In this document: piece after piece, positions 52,744-64,000 of the stretch | How the letters are laid out: each line of letters starts with the position of its first letter | Numbering within the stretch: the first letter of the stretch is position 1 | Assembly (NCBI GenBank): GCA_002633005.1 | Contig: NMRA01000024.1 | Span: 831,786-895,785 of the forward strand | Direction of reading: 5' to 3' | Source of the DNA: Phoronis australis | Lineage: Eukaryota > Animalia > Phoronida | Length of the DNA stretch: 64,000 nt | The notes under the pieces: generated by a model | Seen by the model: only the letters and a program-made list of their open reading frames with translations | Databases searched by the model: none | Told to the model about the DNA's origin: nothing | Made by a program: the position numbers and the translations under genes

Positions 52744-52984
52744 GGTGCTTACGTGATGAGCATGGCCTTAACCCAAATGTTTGCAACACTATCTGTTAAA
52801 CTTGGCATGACCACCAAGCCTGCAAAATTACTATGTTGCAAAAGCATTTGGCTAATCAATCAATTTAAGCCTAACATCAAAAGTGCATTTGTCTTCAGAG
52901 AAAATTGAAGAAACATGGTCCTAAGTGTTGTTACTGGTCTGCTGAGAATGTTGTGTCTGCAATGGTTAGGATGGTGTCTCAAAA

Positions 52985-53479
52985 GGCCAGTTAACACTAA
53001 CTTAACTGGGTATGAGCAAGCCAAGCCTGGATGGAAACTGCGAAGTTAACTGAACTATTGATACCTGCTTCAGTGGTAAACAACAACAAAGTAAAGGTAG
53101 GTGACACTGTCGTCATCACAGAATTTGCAAGGTAGCGCTGATGAATCACATGCAACTAGAGAACATTTACATGTGGTAATTAACATAAAACTTCTTTCTA
53201 ATTCAATTGATTGCTTGAGCAAAATGTAAGCAACTATTAGCAACGACAATGCCCTTTAATTGTTGAAGATAACAGTGACCCCTGGCGACAACTTCTAGGA
53301 GACCGAAGTTGACGATTCACACCGCAATGCAGCATCACTCAGCTGTTAAATGCACCTGTGTTTTCTGCGAAGTTTAGGCCTACTGGCGCTGTTACCTTAG
53401 ATCTAGGACCAAAGTTAATTGTTCATATTGACCCCAAATCTCCAAAACATTGGTGCATCGATGTTACTATGAAAGGGCC
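52985..53479. mobile_element. Second, diverged copy of the Harbinger-like MITE at 22208
   Basis: Shared internal blocks (aaactgcgaagt.aactgaac, ggtaggtgac.ctgt, aaggtagcgctg, gagaacatttacatgtg). Right TIR atgaaagggcc followed by TAA. Left end approximate. Confidence 0.7.
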
Positions 53480-56400
53480 TAATGGTACACAAACTCGAGG
53501 ATCATTTTAAAAAACATATGTTCCAGGTCAATAGACCAACAAGGCCTCAAATCTATGGGTCAATTAAGAGAACTTTTGCCAAATAGAGTCAAATTAATTT
53601 TATCTGTAATTTTTAGATTCGAGTATTTGGAGCCAATTGGAGGTGGCATATATTCCCGAGTGATTTTGTTCGGTAATCCCAGTACGTCAAGTGATTACGG
53701 AAAAATCCAAATACTTTAGTATCCGCACATCAAATGGAATGCCGGGACTTTTATTTTCACAATTTCCTAGACCCTTGAGCATGACTTTGAGTTATAGTTG
53801 TTTTGACCAGCAGTTCTACATTTACACTGTGTTAGAATCTAAAAACAAAACATTATTCTCACAAGACAAAATGAGATTTGACAGACCACACAGCTTCAAT
53901 GAGACAATCCACCAGATTTGAACAATTACATTGCGTTAATTCGCACTCCCGAAATTTCCTCTGAAAACTGACGATTCACAGTAATGCCACAAAAAATGTT
54001 TCAAATTAAAATAAAAAATGAAGATATTAACTAACACAGAAACTGGATATGGACCACTTTAATATAAAACAGGTCTCAGCTTGTCTCTCATACCATTGAG
54101 ATCAAAAGTTCTACACTTCTTCCTGTTTCAGGTCAATCTCTGTGCACCACTGTCCAGTATAGGAAGTCCCCTCAGACTTCGAATAGTCCACTCCAAGGCC
54201 AAGTATTTACTTCTAATCCAAGCAAGGAAATTTTTGAGACCAGATTAGTCATAGAAGGTGGTCAAAAACAAGTATTTTGAGCTCTACGTAAAACATAGTT
54301 TTATAATTATTATATATAGTAGAAAATGACAAAAAAAGTCTTACTCAATTATTCAGTTTTACTTTCTGCAGTATATATTTCTGATTGATGACATAAAACA
54401 TCATTTCCAAGGTACGAATGACAAAAAATGGTGGCCTGATGGAGCTTTTCAACTCGGCTTTCATAAACACTCATGAGAACATTGAGTGTTTATCAACAAT
54501 TTAACTTGAACACAAAAACCTTATAGCTAATTTATCACCAACAATTTGTCATCTAAAGTTCAAATTGTCATTCCATGTTGTACTTAAATTAGTGAGAAAT
54601 AAACGCAGCCTTGCACTGATTGCTTTGCTTATAATAATGTTCTCAACAGACAATAGGAGGATCCAGACAACTGAGAATGCCACATTTCCCCTCCATACAA
54701 ACAAAAAATAATGGAATTACCTGAAGCGGTTACAAACCGGCACTGCATTCAAGACACGAACTTTTATAGATCTAGACCACCTACTGCTGTGAAATTGGCT
54801 CAGCTTTCTACTCCAATACGAAAGGATTTCTGGATTTGCAACGAGCTGATAGTTAGCTATTCCTTCAGTTGAGACTACGCACTCTGACAAACTAACAGAG
54901 CCTGGTCTCATGCAATAACGAAGTGTCGGTTATTCTGCATTTCTGAAATTATCATTAATTTGACCGAAATGCCATTTACGCAACAAGATTTTAGTCACCA
55001 GGTTTTGAGGTAAGCAAACTTGAGCCCGACCAATCTCATTCCTTGTTCAGCTATGTGTTTAGATGCGAAACTGAATCATGTTACCTACACTTGCGCAAAA
55101 GCGTCCATACAATTATTGGTGACCATTTTCACAACACCCGACTTCCTCTGCAGGTTTATTATTTCAACTTTTCACCATTACTCATTTTCTGCCTCTAAAT
55201 ATGTAAAAACTTGCGTCATTTTCAACTAGCAAAACAAATGGCAACTCCCGCCATCTTGAACACAGGCAATCCATATTCCTGCCTGTAAGGTCCACCTTGC
55301 CACAATTTTTGAGTTGTGTGTGTGAACAGTCACTAGACATTGATCACCTTGAGCTACACCAGCTTGTGCCTTATGGCCTCTGTCACAGTAAACTTCTAAA
55401 CAGGGCTTAAAGGAACAGTTTGAGACCAATTTCATAATGCCAAGTGGTCTAAATCAAAATTTAAGTTTTGTGATGGAAGCCGGGTTGATAACGTTATTTT
55501 TCATAAGTATGCATTTACACGAGAGACAGCAGTCACGGAGCACCTAACACGGGACAGCTGATCGGGTGCAAGTGTTTTTGTAAACACGACTAACATGCAG
55601 CAAGCTGACACGGCCGCGGCCACCATTTTTGACACCGGTTTGAGAGGTAGAGCAATTTGCACTTGCACTCGACCAGTTGCTCCAGTTTCAACTACACGTT
55701 TTAACACAACTCAGGGGTAGGGCAGAAGGGGACCATCTTTCAGTGCGCTGAGTGCAACAGCATATATTTGGGTGATCCGCTGGCATGATTCCAGGTGTTT
55801 TGGACAGTTACTATTATTTATGCCAGCATGCCGCAGTCTCAGTGTAAGAGCAATCTAATGTTGTGTAAATGCGACAAAAGTGGAGCAAGTCATGCTGTGA
55901 CAACAGACACGGTGACAACTGTCTCTCCTGTAAAAGCCCCTATGGTCAAGTCCACACCAGTTCATCCCTTCTGGCAGAGTTTTATGTTACAGAAATTACA
56001 CAGGATCTGTGTGTATGGTAGAGAGGACAAATATTATAGAATCACAGTAAAATGATGCTTGAGATTGTGTACTAATACCTTACCTGAACCTATTCACTTC
56101 CAGGTGTATCTTCTCACTATAAACATGTAGCAACCCTAACACACAGTATCCATCCAAACAAACAGTGACTTCTGATGTTTTAGCCAGCCATAAATAACCA
56201 AGTGGCCTTTGGATAAAGCACCCAACAGTCTCATAGAAATGCAATTTACAATCAGAATGCCAAAGCAAAATATTTGAAAGTTTCCGCCATTCAGGACATT
56301 GTTTAGCCAGTCAATACACGATGAATGGACAATGTTTGTTGATATTGCCTGATAGTTGGGTTAATCTTACTATGCATAATGCTACACAATCAAATGGCAT

Positions 56401-56483
56401 TCACTGCAGTTAGACTACAACATACAGTTAGTAATACAACAAAGCTTTACTACCTGACTGGGTACTTACACACACACACACAC

Positions 56484-57408
56484 ACACCTCTGGTGGTGTA
56501 ATAAAGGAATATTTTAACTGGCATTTCCAATGCCTATTGCTGTCAGTGGTTTGTTTGTTTTTGACCACTCAGCTCTTACTGTACACATTCCTATGAGCAA
56601 TAATGAAACACTTGGTGGCCAAAAGAAATGAAGACACTTATATTTTGTCAACAACAACGTGGGGTTCAACTTTCACTTGGCAAAGGGAGAGGGGGGGGCA
56701 AGGGCAGGGGAGGGGATCTTCAAAGACCTGCCTAAAATCCAATCTATTGTTAAAATAAAATTGGGAACAAACTCACCTCCACTGACAGCCCATAGGTGGT
56801 AACCTTCCAATAAATTGTATGTAATATATAGGCAATGCCACATTCATTAGTTGCTGATAATTAAATAAAGGTTCATTTCTTAAATATGCAAATCATCAAG
56901 ACAGTTCATTAGCATTTGGGCGTTCAGGTTTTTCAATAGGAATGTTNACACCTCTGGTGGTGTAATAAAGGAATATTTTAACTGGTATTTCCAATGCCTA
57001 TTGCTGTCAGTGGTTTGTTTGTTTTTGACCACTCAGCTCTTACTGTACACATTCCTATGAGCAATAATGAAACACTTGGTGGCCAAAAGAAATGATGACA
57101 CTTATATTTTGTCAACAACAACGTCGGGTTCAACATTCACTTGGCAAAGGGAGAGCGGGGCAAGGGCAGGGTAGGGGATCTTCAAAGACTTGCCTAAAAT
57201 CCAATCTATTGTTAAAATAAAATTGGGAACAAACTCACCTCCACTGACAGCCCATAGGTGGTAACCTTCCAATAAATTGTATGTAATATATAGGCAATGC
57301 CACATTCATTAGTTGCTGATAATTAAATAAAGGTTCGTTTCTTAAATCTGCAAAACATCAAGACAGTTCATTAGCATTTGGGCGTTCAGGTTTTTCAATA
57401 GGAATGTT
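56484..57408. repeat. ~460-bp tandem duplication (56484-56946 / 56948-57408), N at 56947, preceded by a (CA)n microsatellite at 56468-56487
   Basis: Near-identical copies either side of a single N. Confidence 0.93.
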
Positions 57409-57862
57409 CCTTGCTTCACTTGCGACACCTAGTGATTCGAGTTGCCCGGTGGGCATTCATCTATAACGGCTTGCATAACTCTATTCTAAAGCCAAGCAAA
57501 GTCCTTCGGGGACACCCCCACCTCCCCTTATCAAGGGGACCAACATGCCAAGTATGCGGCATCAGGTAAAAGCCACCTCCTAATAAGGGACGTCCTGATG
57601 CACCTACAGTGTCAAGTTCAATTTCAAAGCGAGTGCCTTCGGATGGTCATTTGTACTGGAACACTTCATTACAAGAGCAAGCTAACATTAATTTCCTTTT
57701 GCTCAATAGAGTGTTTTTTTAATTCACTGGAGATGTTGACGGTATCATTGTTATCAGCAAAACTTTTTACTCATCTACAGAGCAACAAAAAATTTGTCTC
57801 AAAATACAACATATATCCATCCCACCCACATAGCAACTTTGAGGAAGTGATCTTGTGAAATT

Positions 57863-58055
57863 ATTCACTGTTTGGTCTAAATATACAAATTTCTATGGAT
57901 TCCCCATTACGTTTCAGTCACCAATTTCTCAAAACATCATCAGGCTACAGATAAACTGGATTTTCCATGACGTTTCGGTCAATTTCTCAAATCATCATCA
58001 GGCTACAGGTACAATACAACCTATAAACTGATGAAAAAGAGACCAAACAGTGAAT
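57863..58055 (-). mobile_element. Penelope-like pLTR remnant with two hammerhead-core motifs
   Basis: Two ~60-bp tandem units, each CTGATGA...GAAACGT(C/A) on -, bracketed by a perfect 16-bp inverted repeat. Confidence 0.5.
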
Positions 58056-59097
58056 TTACATAATGCTGCCACATTCTTTAACAATCGGTGCAGATTTAGA
58101 TAATTTACACACGCATTTGAGGTTTTAAAATCTACAGTAAAACATTGCTAATATAACATACACCAAACAAGCTTAACCAGCTTTTGGAGACATTCCTTAC
58201 TATTTGAGTGCAATGGTGTTTTACAAACAAACATTCAACTCTGAAAGGCATACCACCCTGAACGTAAGGTTACTTCTATGAATATACCACCTATCACATA
58301 TTGCTTTATGAACGAAATATCAGTACTGTATCACACACCACTGTTATACCTATCTTTTCCTTAATGATGTATTTTTGCATGTTTCTAACTATGCTAATGT
58401 ATAGCAGGAACTAAACGACAGTGCTATTTTAACATAATCTACGCTACACAAAGTGCAGTTGTATTTATTGACAACTTGAAAATGTGAAAACAAAAAATTC
58501 TACAAATAGGAGACCTTTGCGCTGGTACCATCATGCAATGTTGTTCCCTGAGCATCACAGCACGATATTGACTGACCACTGGTCAGTGATTTGCGGTGGA
58601 TCATTGTCGCCACAAAACTCGTTCTTAAAAACATGGCAATTTTCAACCTATTTCATATTCACATCTAGTCACATTTGATTATTGTGTTTCTGACTAATTT
58701 GACCACGCAATCACAGAGATAAGGAATTAAACAGCAAGTTCATCTTTAAACCACTTAAGTAAAAGTATTACTATTCCCCACTACAGTATCACTTATTGGA
58801 AGGTTTTGATATTGACAAAGGCCTAATGCACACTTCTAAAGGAACAATGAAACTCATCAACAAAAGCCTCAGAATGTCCATTGATACAATGGACAGTTTC
58901 TGATGAGCTGACAAACAAAAGTAAGTGATTTCTAACGACAAAGCCGTTTCTTCAGTTCTAACCAGAAAAAGTCAATTATCATAAAGCTCACCTGTGGTAT
59001 AATGGTGACCAACATGATTTCTGACTGATGTCTCCACGAATAATGTCAGCGCGGCGATATTAGTCGCGCATTAATGTGAAAAACCTATACTTATTAC

Positions 59098-59148
59098 CTG
59101 AACCGTTACCATGGAGATGTCCGTCTTTTCAGCTGACAGACTACTCAT
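59098..59148 (-). CDS. RBFOX: Candidate RBFOX first coding exon MSSLSAEKTDISMVTVQ
   Basis: aacATG with A at -3 and an in-frame upstream stop. Phase-0 donor CAG|gtaata matches the phase-0 acceptor at 28504. Resembles the vertebrate RBFOX2 start MEKKKMVTQ. Confidence 0.5.
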
Positions 59149-61984
59149 GTTAAAACCAGCGAAGGAAAGTAATTGCTTAGGAGTAAAGCACCACTTCCAT
59201 CGGAGTTAAAGTCGTATTGATATCTGACGCCGTGCACAGAGAGTCCACGTTAAATTTACAGCACCCAAACGCAAATTATTTATCATTAGCCATCTTCTGC
59301 AAAACCGAATCTCCAAGAGAATTGGTAAATAACATTACAGCTTTTCACATGGCTAATTTTTGTCCCGATTACTGCACGGGCAGCTGCTGATTCGCCGAAC
59401 TGTGTCATTTTAATGGAAACTATAAGTGTACTCATTAATATTTCATTCGTGAAAACCCATCACACCTAGATTCAGCACTACACCTCGTTTACGATAATTA
59501 TTCAGTTATTTCACTCAAAAATTACCAAAATTGTAATCTTTCTATACTGTAAGTCTGACCACCTCACAGCAAATACCGTGAACCTGACTAAAGATGCTAT
59601 ATAACGATATCCACACAGTACTAAAGAACGTTTATAAGAGACATAATTCTTTGAATCTTTGTTTTTGTTTGAGAAACTGGGCAAAATGAAAGTTCACATA
59701 TCTCTCCTATTGAGAGCCAAACAGGTGAAGAATTGTCATAGTGATCGGAGATAATGTTTCTTTGGACAGTATTGCATGACGAAATGTATGCCATAAATTT
59801 CAATCAGAAAACAATACACCATAGGTCTTGAAATACAGGTAAAACTTCTCTAAAATTCAAACAAAAATAATGGCCAAAATTGTCACTTTTTCATTTTACA
59901 AACCCTCACCGTATTGCCAATAAAACGTTCAACAAAGTTTCGCCGTGTGTTCGTTGATGATGGCAATACAATATAGTTTTCAAATAATCAAGTAAAAAAT
60001 TTTATCTCGTTTACTCTTGTTGAAATTTTTGACAAGACAAAACTTCATTGTTCCTCTATATTGTGTTCTAATTAAAAGATACAAGCAAATTGCACAGCAT
60101 TCATTACTTTGACAAGACACCTTGAAAGACCTGGTTTAAACAGGAAAAAGCTTTGTACACTGTGCCACTGTTCAGTGATATCCAGTTTTAGCAAGCTCCC
60201 CTCTGTTACTAACACTCCAACACACATTTTTCTGTCAATAAAAAGAAACTTAAATTTGTTTATTATTTGCTAAAACAAAGTTTTGAGAGTCTTTCCACAA
60301 CAACTTGAGTAAACACTTAATCAAACCAGTTAACACTTATTCCTAAATGACGCACTACACCAACCCTACCATTTAAAAAAGAATTCAATTTTATGTTTAA
60401 CTTTTGAAATTGAAGTAATGCTTCTACAAGAGGCAGCATTCACATTTTCGAGCCAAGAAAAATTCCTAGTGCAAAATACTTGCAGGGACATAATTTACAA
60501 AGTGCTCTTTAGTGATATCTTTGTACTAAAAAGTCGTGTTCTGCTTTATAACGTGGTGACAACAAGGGGAAGAGTATCCTAAACACTGCAATTCGCTCTA
60601 TTTGGCTAAAAACAACAAAAACTGAATAAAGAGAGAATGCCACCAAAAAACAACATGTTTTGTATTAATTTAGATCCAGTAGTTCCACTCGATAACAGCA
60701 ATTATTCACTTCTTTTACACCTGATGACAGACGGAAGTGCTGAAATTAACTGATGAGAATTGCTGATATTAACTGATGACGTCATAGAATCTAACACAGT
60801 CTGTTCAGCAGTTCACCAGACACTTACTGGTGTCAGGTTGTCTTCATCGTTTACACCAATAAATCATCAAAATTCAATGCAAAACCCTTACAAATACATA
60901 GAGTTCGTAAACAAATGAGTTGTTTTATTTGCTATTACAGATTTATGGAAATCCAATAGCATACAAAGTTCGGTAGGCCAACTTATCGAGGTCTGTCGCA
61001 GGAAGTTTGGATCTGCTCAGTAATAAGTTATTGTTCTGTGAAATACAGACAGGAGAGTATAGTCGGGTGTTGTAATTTTAGACTTGCAATTTTTCAGTTC
61101 TAAACATACAAAACACTTGTTATAACCCAGTGAAGGAGCGAGAAGTCAGGTTCCCCTTCCACAAAGCGGTTAGGCCAAAGTTGAATAATAACAATGATTC
61201 CAATAATGTATAAATACCTACATAAAGATTCCCCTAACATCTGACCATAGCATATAAAATCGAGTTATTGTTTCACAATAGCTTTCTGTCAGTAAACACT
61301 GAATTAGCATGCGCTAACATGGCCTCAGTGCCCATTCAATTAATTTTATTGCAGCTGGTAACACAGTATGATTTATTTATTGTGGATTTCTCAAAATGCT
61401 TGCACTCACAAAAACTCCAATGGCATAACAAATCCTATCTACTGTGACAGACTTTGACACTTTAGTCCCGTTTAGACATCAACTTTTGGCTCGGCACAAC
61501 TGACACGAAGCAAATTGACCCATGTCAAGCAGCCGTTTTCACACACAACTCACTGACCGTGGCAAGACGGAGATTAAAGACTGGAGAGATTGGATCGCAG
61601 ATGCGCAAGTTTACAAATGACGAGAGTTGCAGAGACAAACAACCCGTACGTAGGTCATTGCACAAGCGCAGTAGAGATGATCCTTTCCGCCTTACTCCAG
61701 TTTCGCGTTTAGACTTATAATTGACACGGCTCAAGACGTTCGGGCGCAAATTGCTCTACCTCACAAACGGGTGGCAAACGTTTGGCAACGCGGTGTCAAT
61801 TTTCTCCGTGTCAGTTCGTTTACACATTGGAACAACTTGTTCCGTGTCAGCTGATCATTGTCAACTTTGTAGTGTAAACAGCACTTTTGTTTCAGTTTTA
61901 TATAAACATTGGTTAAGGTGAAAATGATTCATTTTGAAACAGAATCCACAATAAGGGCAACTTAAAACCAGACAAGCAGATATT

Positions 61985-62135
61985 TCACAGCCTCCTATTT
62001 GGTATTAACAGTGAACTATTCATTCTTTCCTGTCGCAACCCACATACCCACTTCCGAAGTATTTCGGGTTCTCCAGGAAATCGCTTTCCTCGCAGCTTCA
62101 TGGTTCGCACAAGCAGGAACGATACACCACACCAT
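61985..62135 (-). pseudogene. Decayed THAP zinc-finger remnant (DNA transposon-derived)
   Basis: ATG at 62135 gives MVWCIVPACANHEAARKAIS; after a frameshift, RFPGEPEILRKWVCGLRQE. Matches THAP MxxCxVPxCxN...RFP...KWxxxxR. Confidence 0.6.
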
Positions 62136-62697
62136 AGCGGCACACACTCAGCTGAAGAACTGCAGACCTCGCTGCATTGTGTACTCACCTTCCTCACAGG
62201 TTAACACGACACCTCTCGGCGAGGTTCGATCAACTGTATACAAGGTGATGTGGAATGAATATAGACCGGCGGTAACAAAATTAAACCAGTTGGCTTTCTC
62301 CTTTAATACTTTTATTCTAGTAAAATCGGTTCCATAATACGGCATAAGCTCACCTACGACTTACCACTTGCTGTCGAATGAGCACGGTAATTTTTTAAAC
62401 CCGAAAGCACTTGGGTTAAGGCTTCAACACTAACTGTTAATCACGGTGAAATGCCCCTCTAATGTTAATCTTGAAGTTTCATCACCATAGATTTTTTTAC
62501 GTTTTCATGGCTCCTTTGTGGTCATAATCGCCCAGCTGCAGTGTTGACCTTCCAGGCTAATTGCACAATTGACCTATCGCAAGCTCTGCCCCCTTGCGAA
62601 AAGTCGACAAACAAACAATAAAGTTTACCCGACAATGTGTTGTTTGTCTGGTAAAATGGCAGCTTGGAAACGAAGGTGTGTCAAGAAGGCTTTATGC

Positions 62698-63240
62698 TTT
62701 ATTTATTTATTTATTGTGATATTTAAAATGAGGGTGGCCTCTTCAATGATAGCATTGCTTTCCAAGAGGGCCCCCAACAACAAAATATAAAACAGTAATA
62801 TAATACAATAAAGTAATAAAACAATAATCAAATACACGTAACAGAGATACACTTAAAACAGGTTGAGAATTAAGATAATAAATTAATGACGAAGGATGCT
62901 AAAAATTGGATTAAGAGAGAAGAAATAAAGAGATGATACTGAATAGTGAGAATATTTACAAAAATGAAAAATGACATAATTAAGACAGGTAGGGTGTAAA
63001 ATGGTTCGGCAAATTACGGCCACTTTTTAATAATAAGTTTGAAAGTATTAATTGAATCAGACCTTTTAATTTCTGGGCTAAGAGTGTTCCGTATTGCAGC
63101 AGCAGCATAAAAGTTCTCTTGCCGGTCTCGTTTTTCATTTTTTTAAAAGAAACATTACCGGCAACAGAAGAACGTGTAGAGTATACAGCCTGGCCGTTGC
63201 TGAATTTTCGGCTGAGATATACTGGAGCCATAGCGATAGG
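62698..63240 (-). mobile_element. 3' fragment of an L2/Crack-type LINE (ORF2 C-terminus, 3'UTR and (TAAA)n tail)
   Basis: APVYLSRKF...YSTRSS...ETGKRTF, then after a frameshift YAAAAIRNTLSPEIKRSDSINTFKLIIK, typical of CR1/L2-group ORF2 ends. Tail reads (TTTA)n on + at 62698-62714. Confidence 0.75.
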
Positions 63241-63646
63241 TCAGCTGTTAGAGCATGACAACAGACCAACAGAGTACTCAGTGCATTGACAGTTCAAGAA
63301 AAGAAGCCAATTTATTTAATTCGAATTTAGATAAACCTTTCATACAAACTCCGGTAGTAGGGAAGTATCGATACAAACTGCCACGTGACTCCAGGCTTTG
63401 GTGCGTAGTTCACAGACACCAAAATTATGGTAACGCTGTTTGATGTGTGATCAGTCATCAAAGTTATGCGACACGTCAAAAACATTATTAAAAATAAATT
63501 TTTTTAAAATTTGAAATATCACATACATGGACATGAAGTGCTTATAGTGGCAGAAAAGATTATTTGACAAAAAATTTGCAATACCACAGCTAATACACTT
63601 ATTGACAGCAACAACAGACCTAACTTTTATGACATCAAAGTTATTT

Positions 63647-63716
63647 GTTCATGCCACATCGTTCATGCCACATCGTTCATGCCACATCGTTCATGTCACA
63701 TCGTTCAAGCCACATC
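63647..63716. repeat. 14-bp minisatellite, 5 copies of gttcatgccacatc
   Basis: Direct inspection; the last two copies each carry one substitution. Confidence 0.95.
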
Positions 63717-64000
63717 GAAGAATCGATGCTCCACTGTCAAATCTACCTATTTACAGCGCCATTAACTTTTAGTCTACGACCAATAGAAACCGTTCATAGC
63801 GATCGACACTCACAAAACATCGACGCGTTGACGTTGGTAAAAATACAGCAAAAAAACACAATTTTTAACGTGAAAAATAATCCAATCATGAATTTTTTTA
63901 AAATTAGTAAGCGAAAAGTCAATGTTAATTATTCATTATTCATCAACAGTAAGTGAATGAGGGGATTGAGCGATGTCAATGATCTTAACAATTCTTGGTA

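Noticed and set aside
63647-63716. GCAUG copies within the 14-bp minisatellite on -
   Set aside because: Upstream of the candidate first exon and explained by simple tandem expansion.

Overview
Eukaryotic, intron-rich, AT-rich animal DNA; a non-vertebrate marine invertebrate, possibly a deuterostome, is my inference. The ORF track is mostly noise. Two spliced genes lie tail-to-tail. (1) + strand: the last three coding exons (546-2620) of a class II, plant PRS3/PRS4-type ribose-phosphate pyrophosphokinase. (2) - strand: an essentially complete RBFOX (Fox-1/A2BP1) splicing-factor gene. Ten core coding exons from 28504 to the stop at 8124 join into one 936-nt frame ending in RFAPY*. It has a ~2.5 kb 3'UTR and a candidate first coding exon at 59098-59148 beyond a ~30.6 kb intron. 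The main signal is a regulatory layer inside the RBFOX pre-mRNA: UGCAUG sites on both splice sites of the 93-nt RRM exon; small candidate cassette exons in the C-terminal region (45, 42, 72/76 nt) amid a strand-biased UGCAUG cluster; long-range complementary segments that could loop out those exons; and a ~210-nt intronic fold that pairs better on the transcribed strand. The long intron and upstream region hold MITEs, SINE heads, an L2-type LINE tail, two decayed THAP domains and a Penelope-like hammerhead remnant. Three N-bounded tandem duplications are probably haplotype assembly artefacts. All exon calls are by eye and need RNA-seq.
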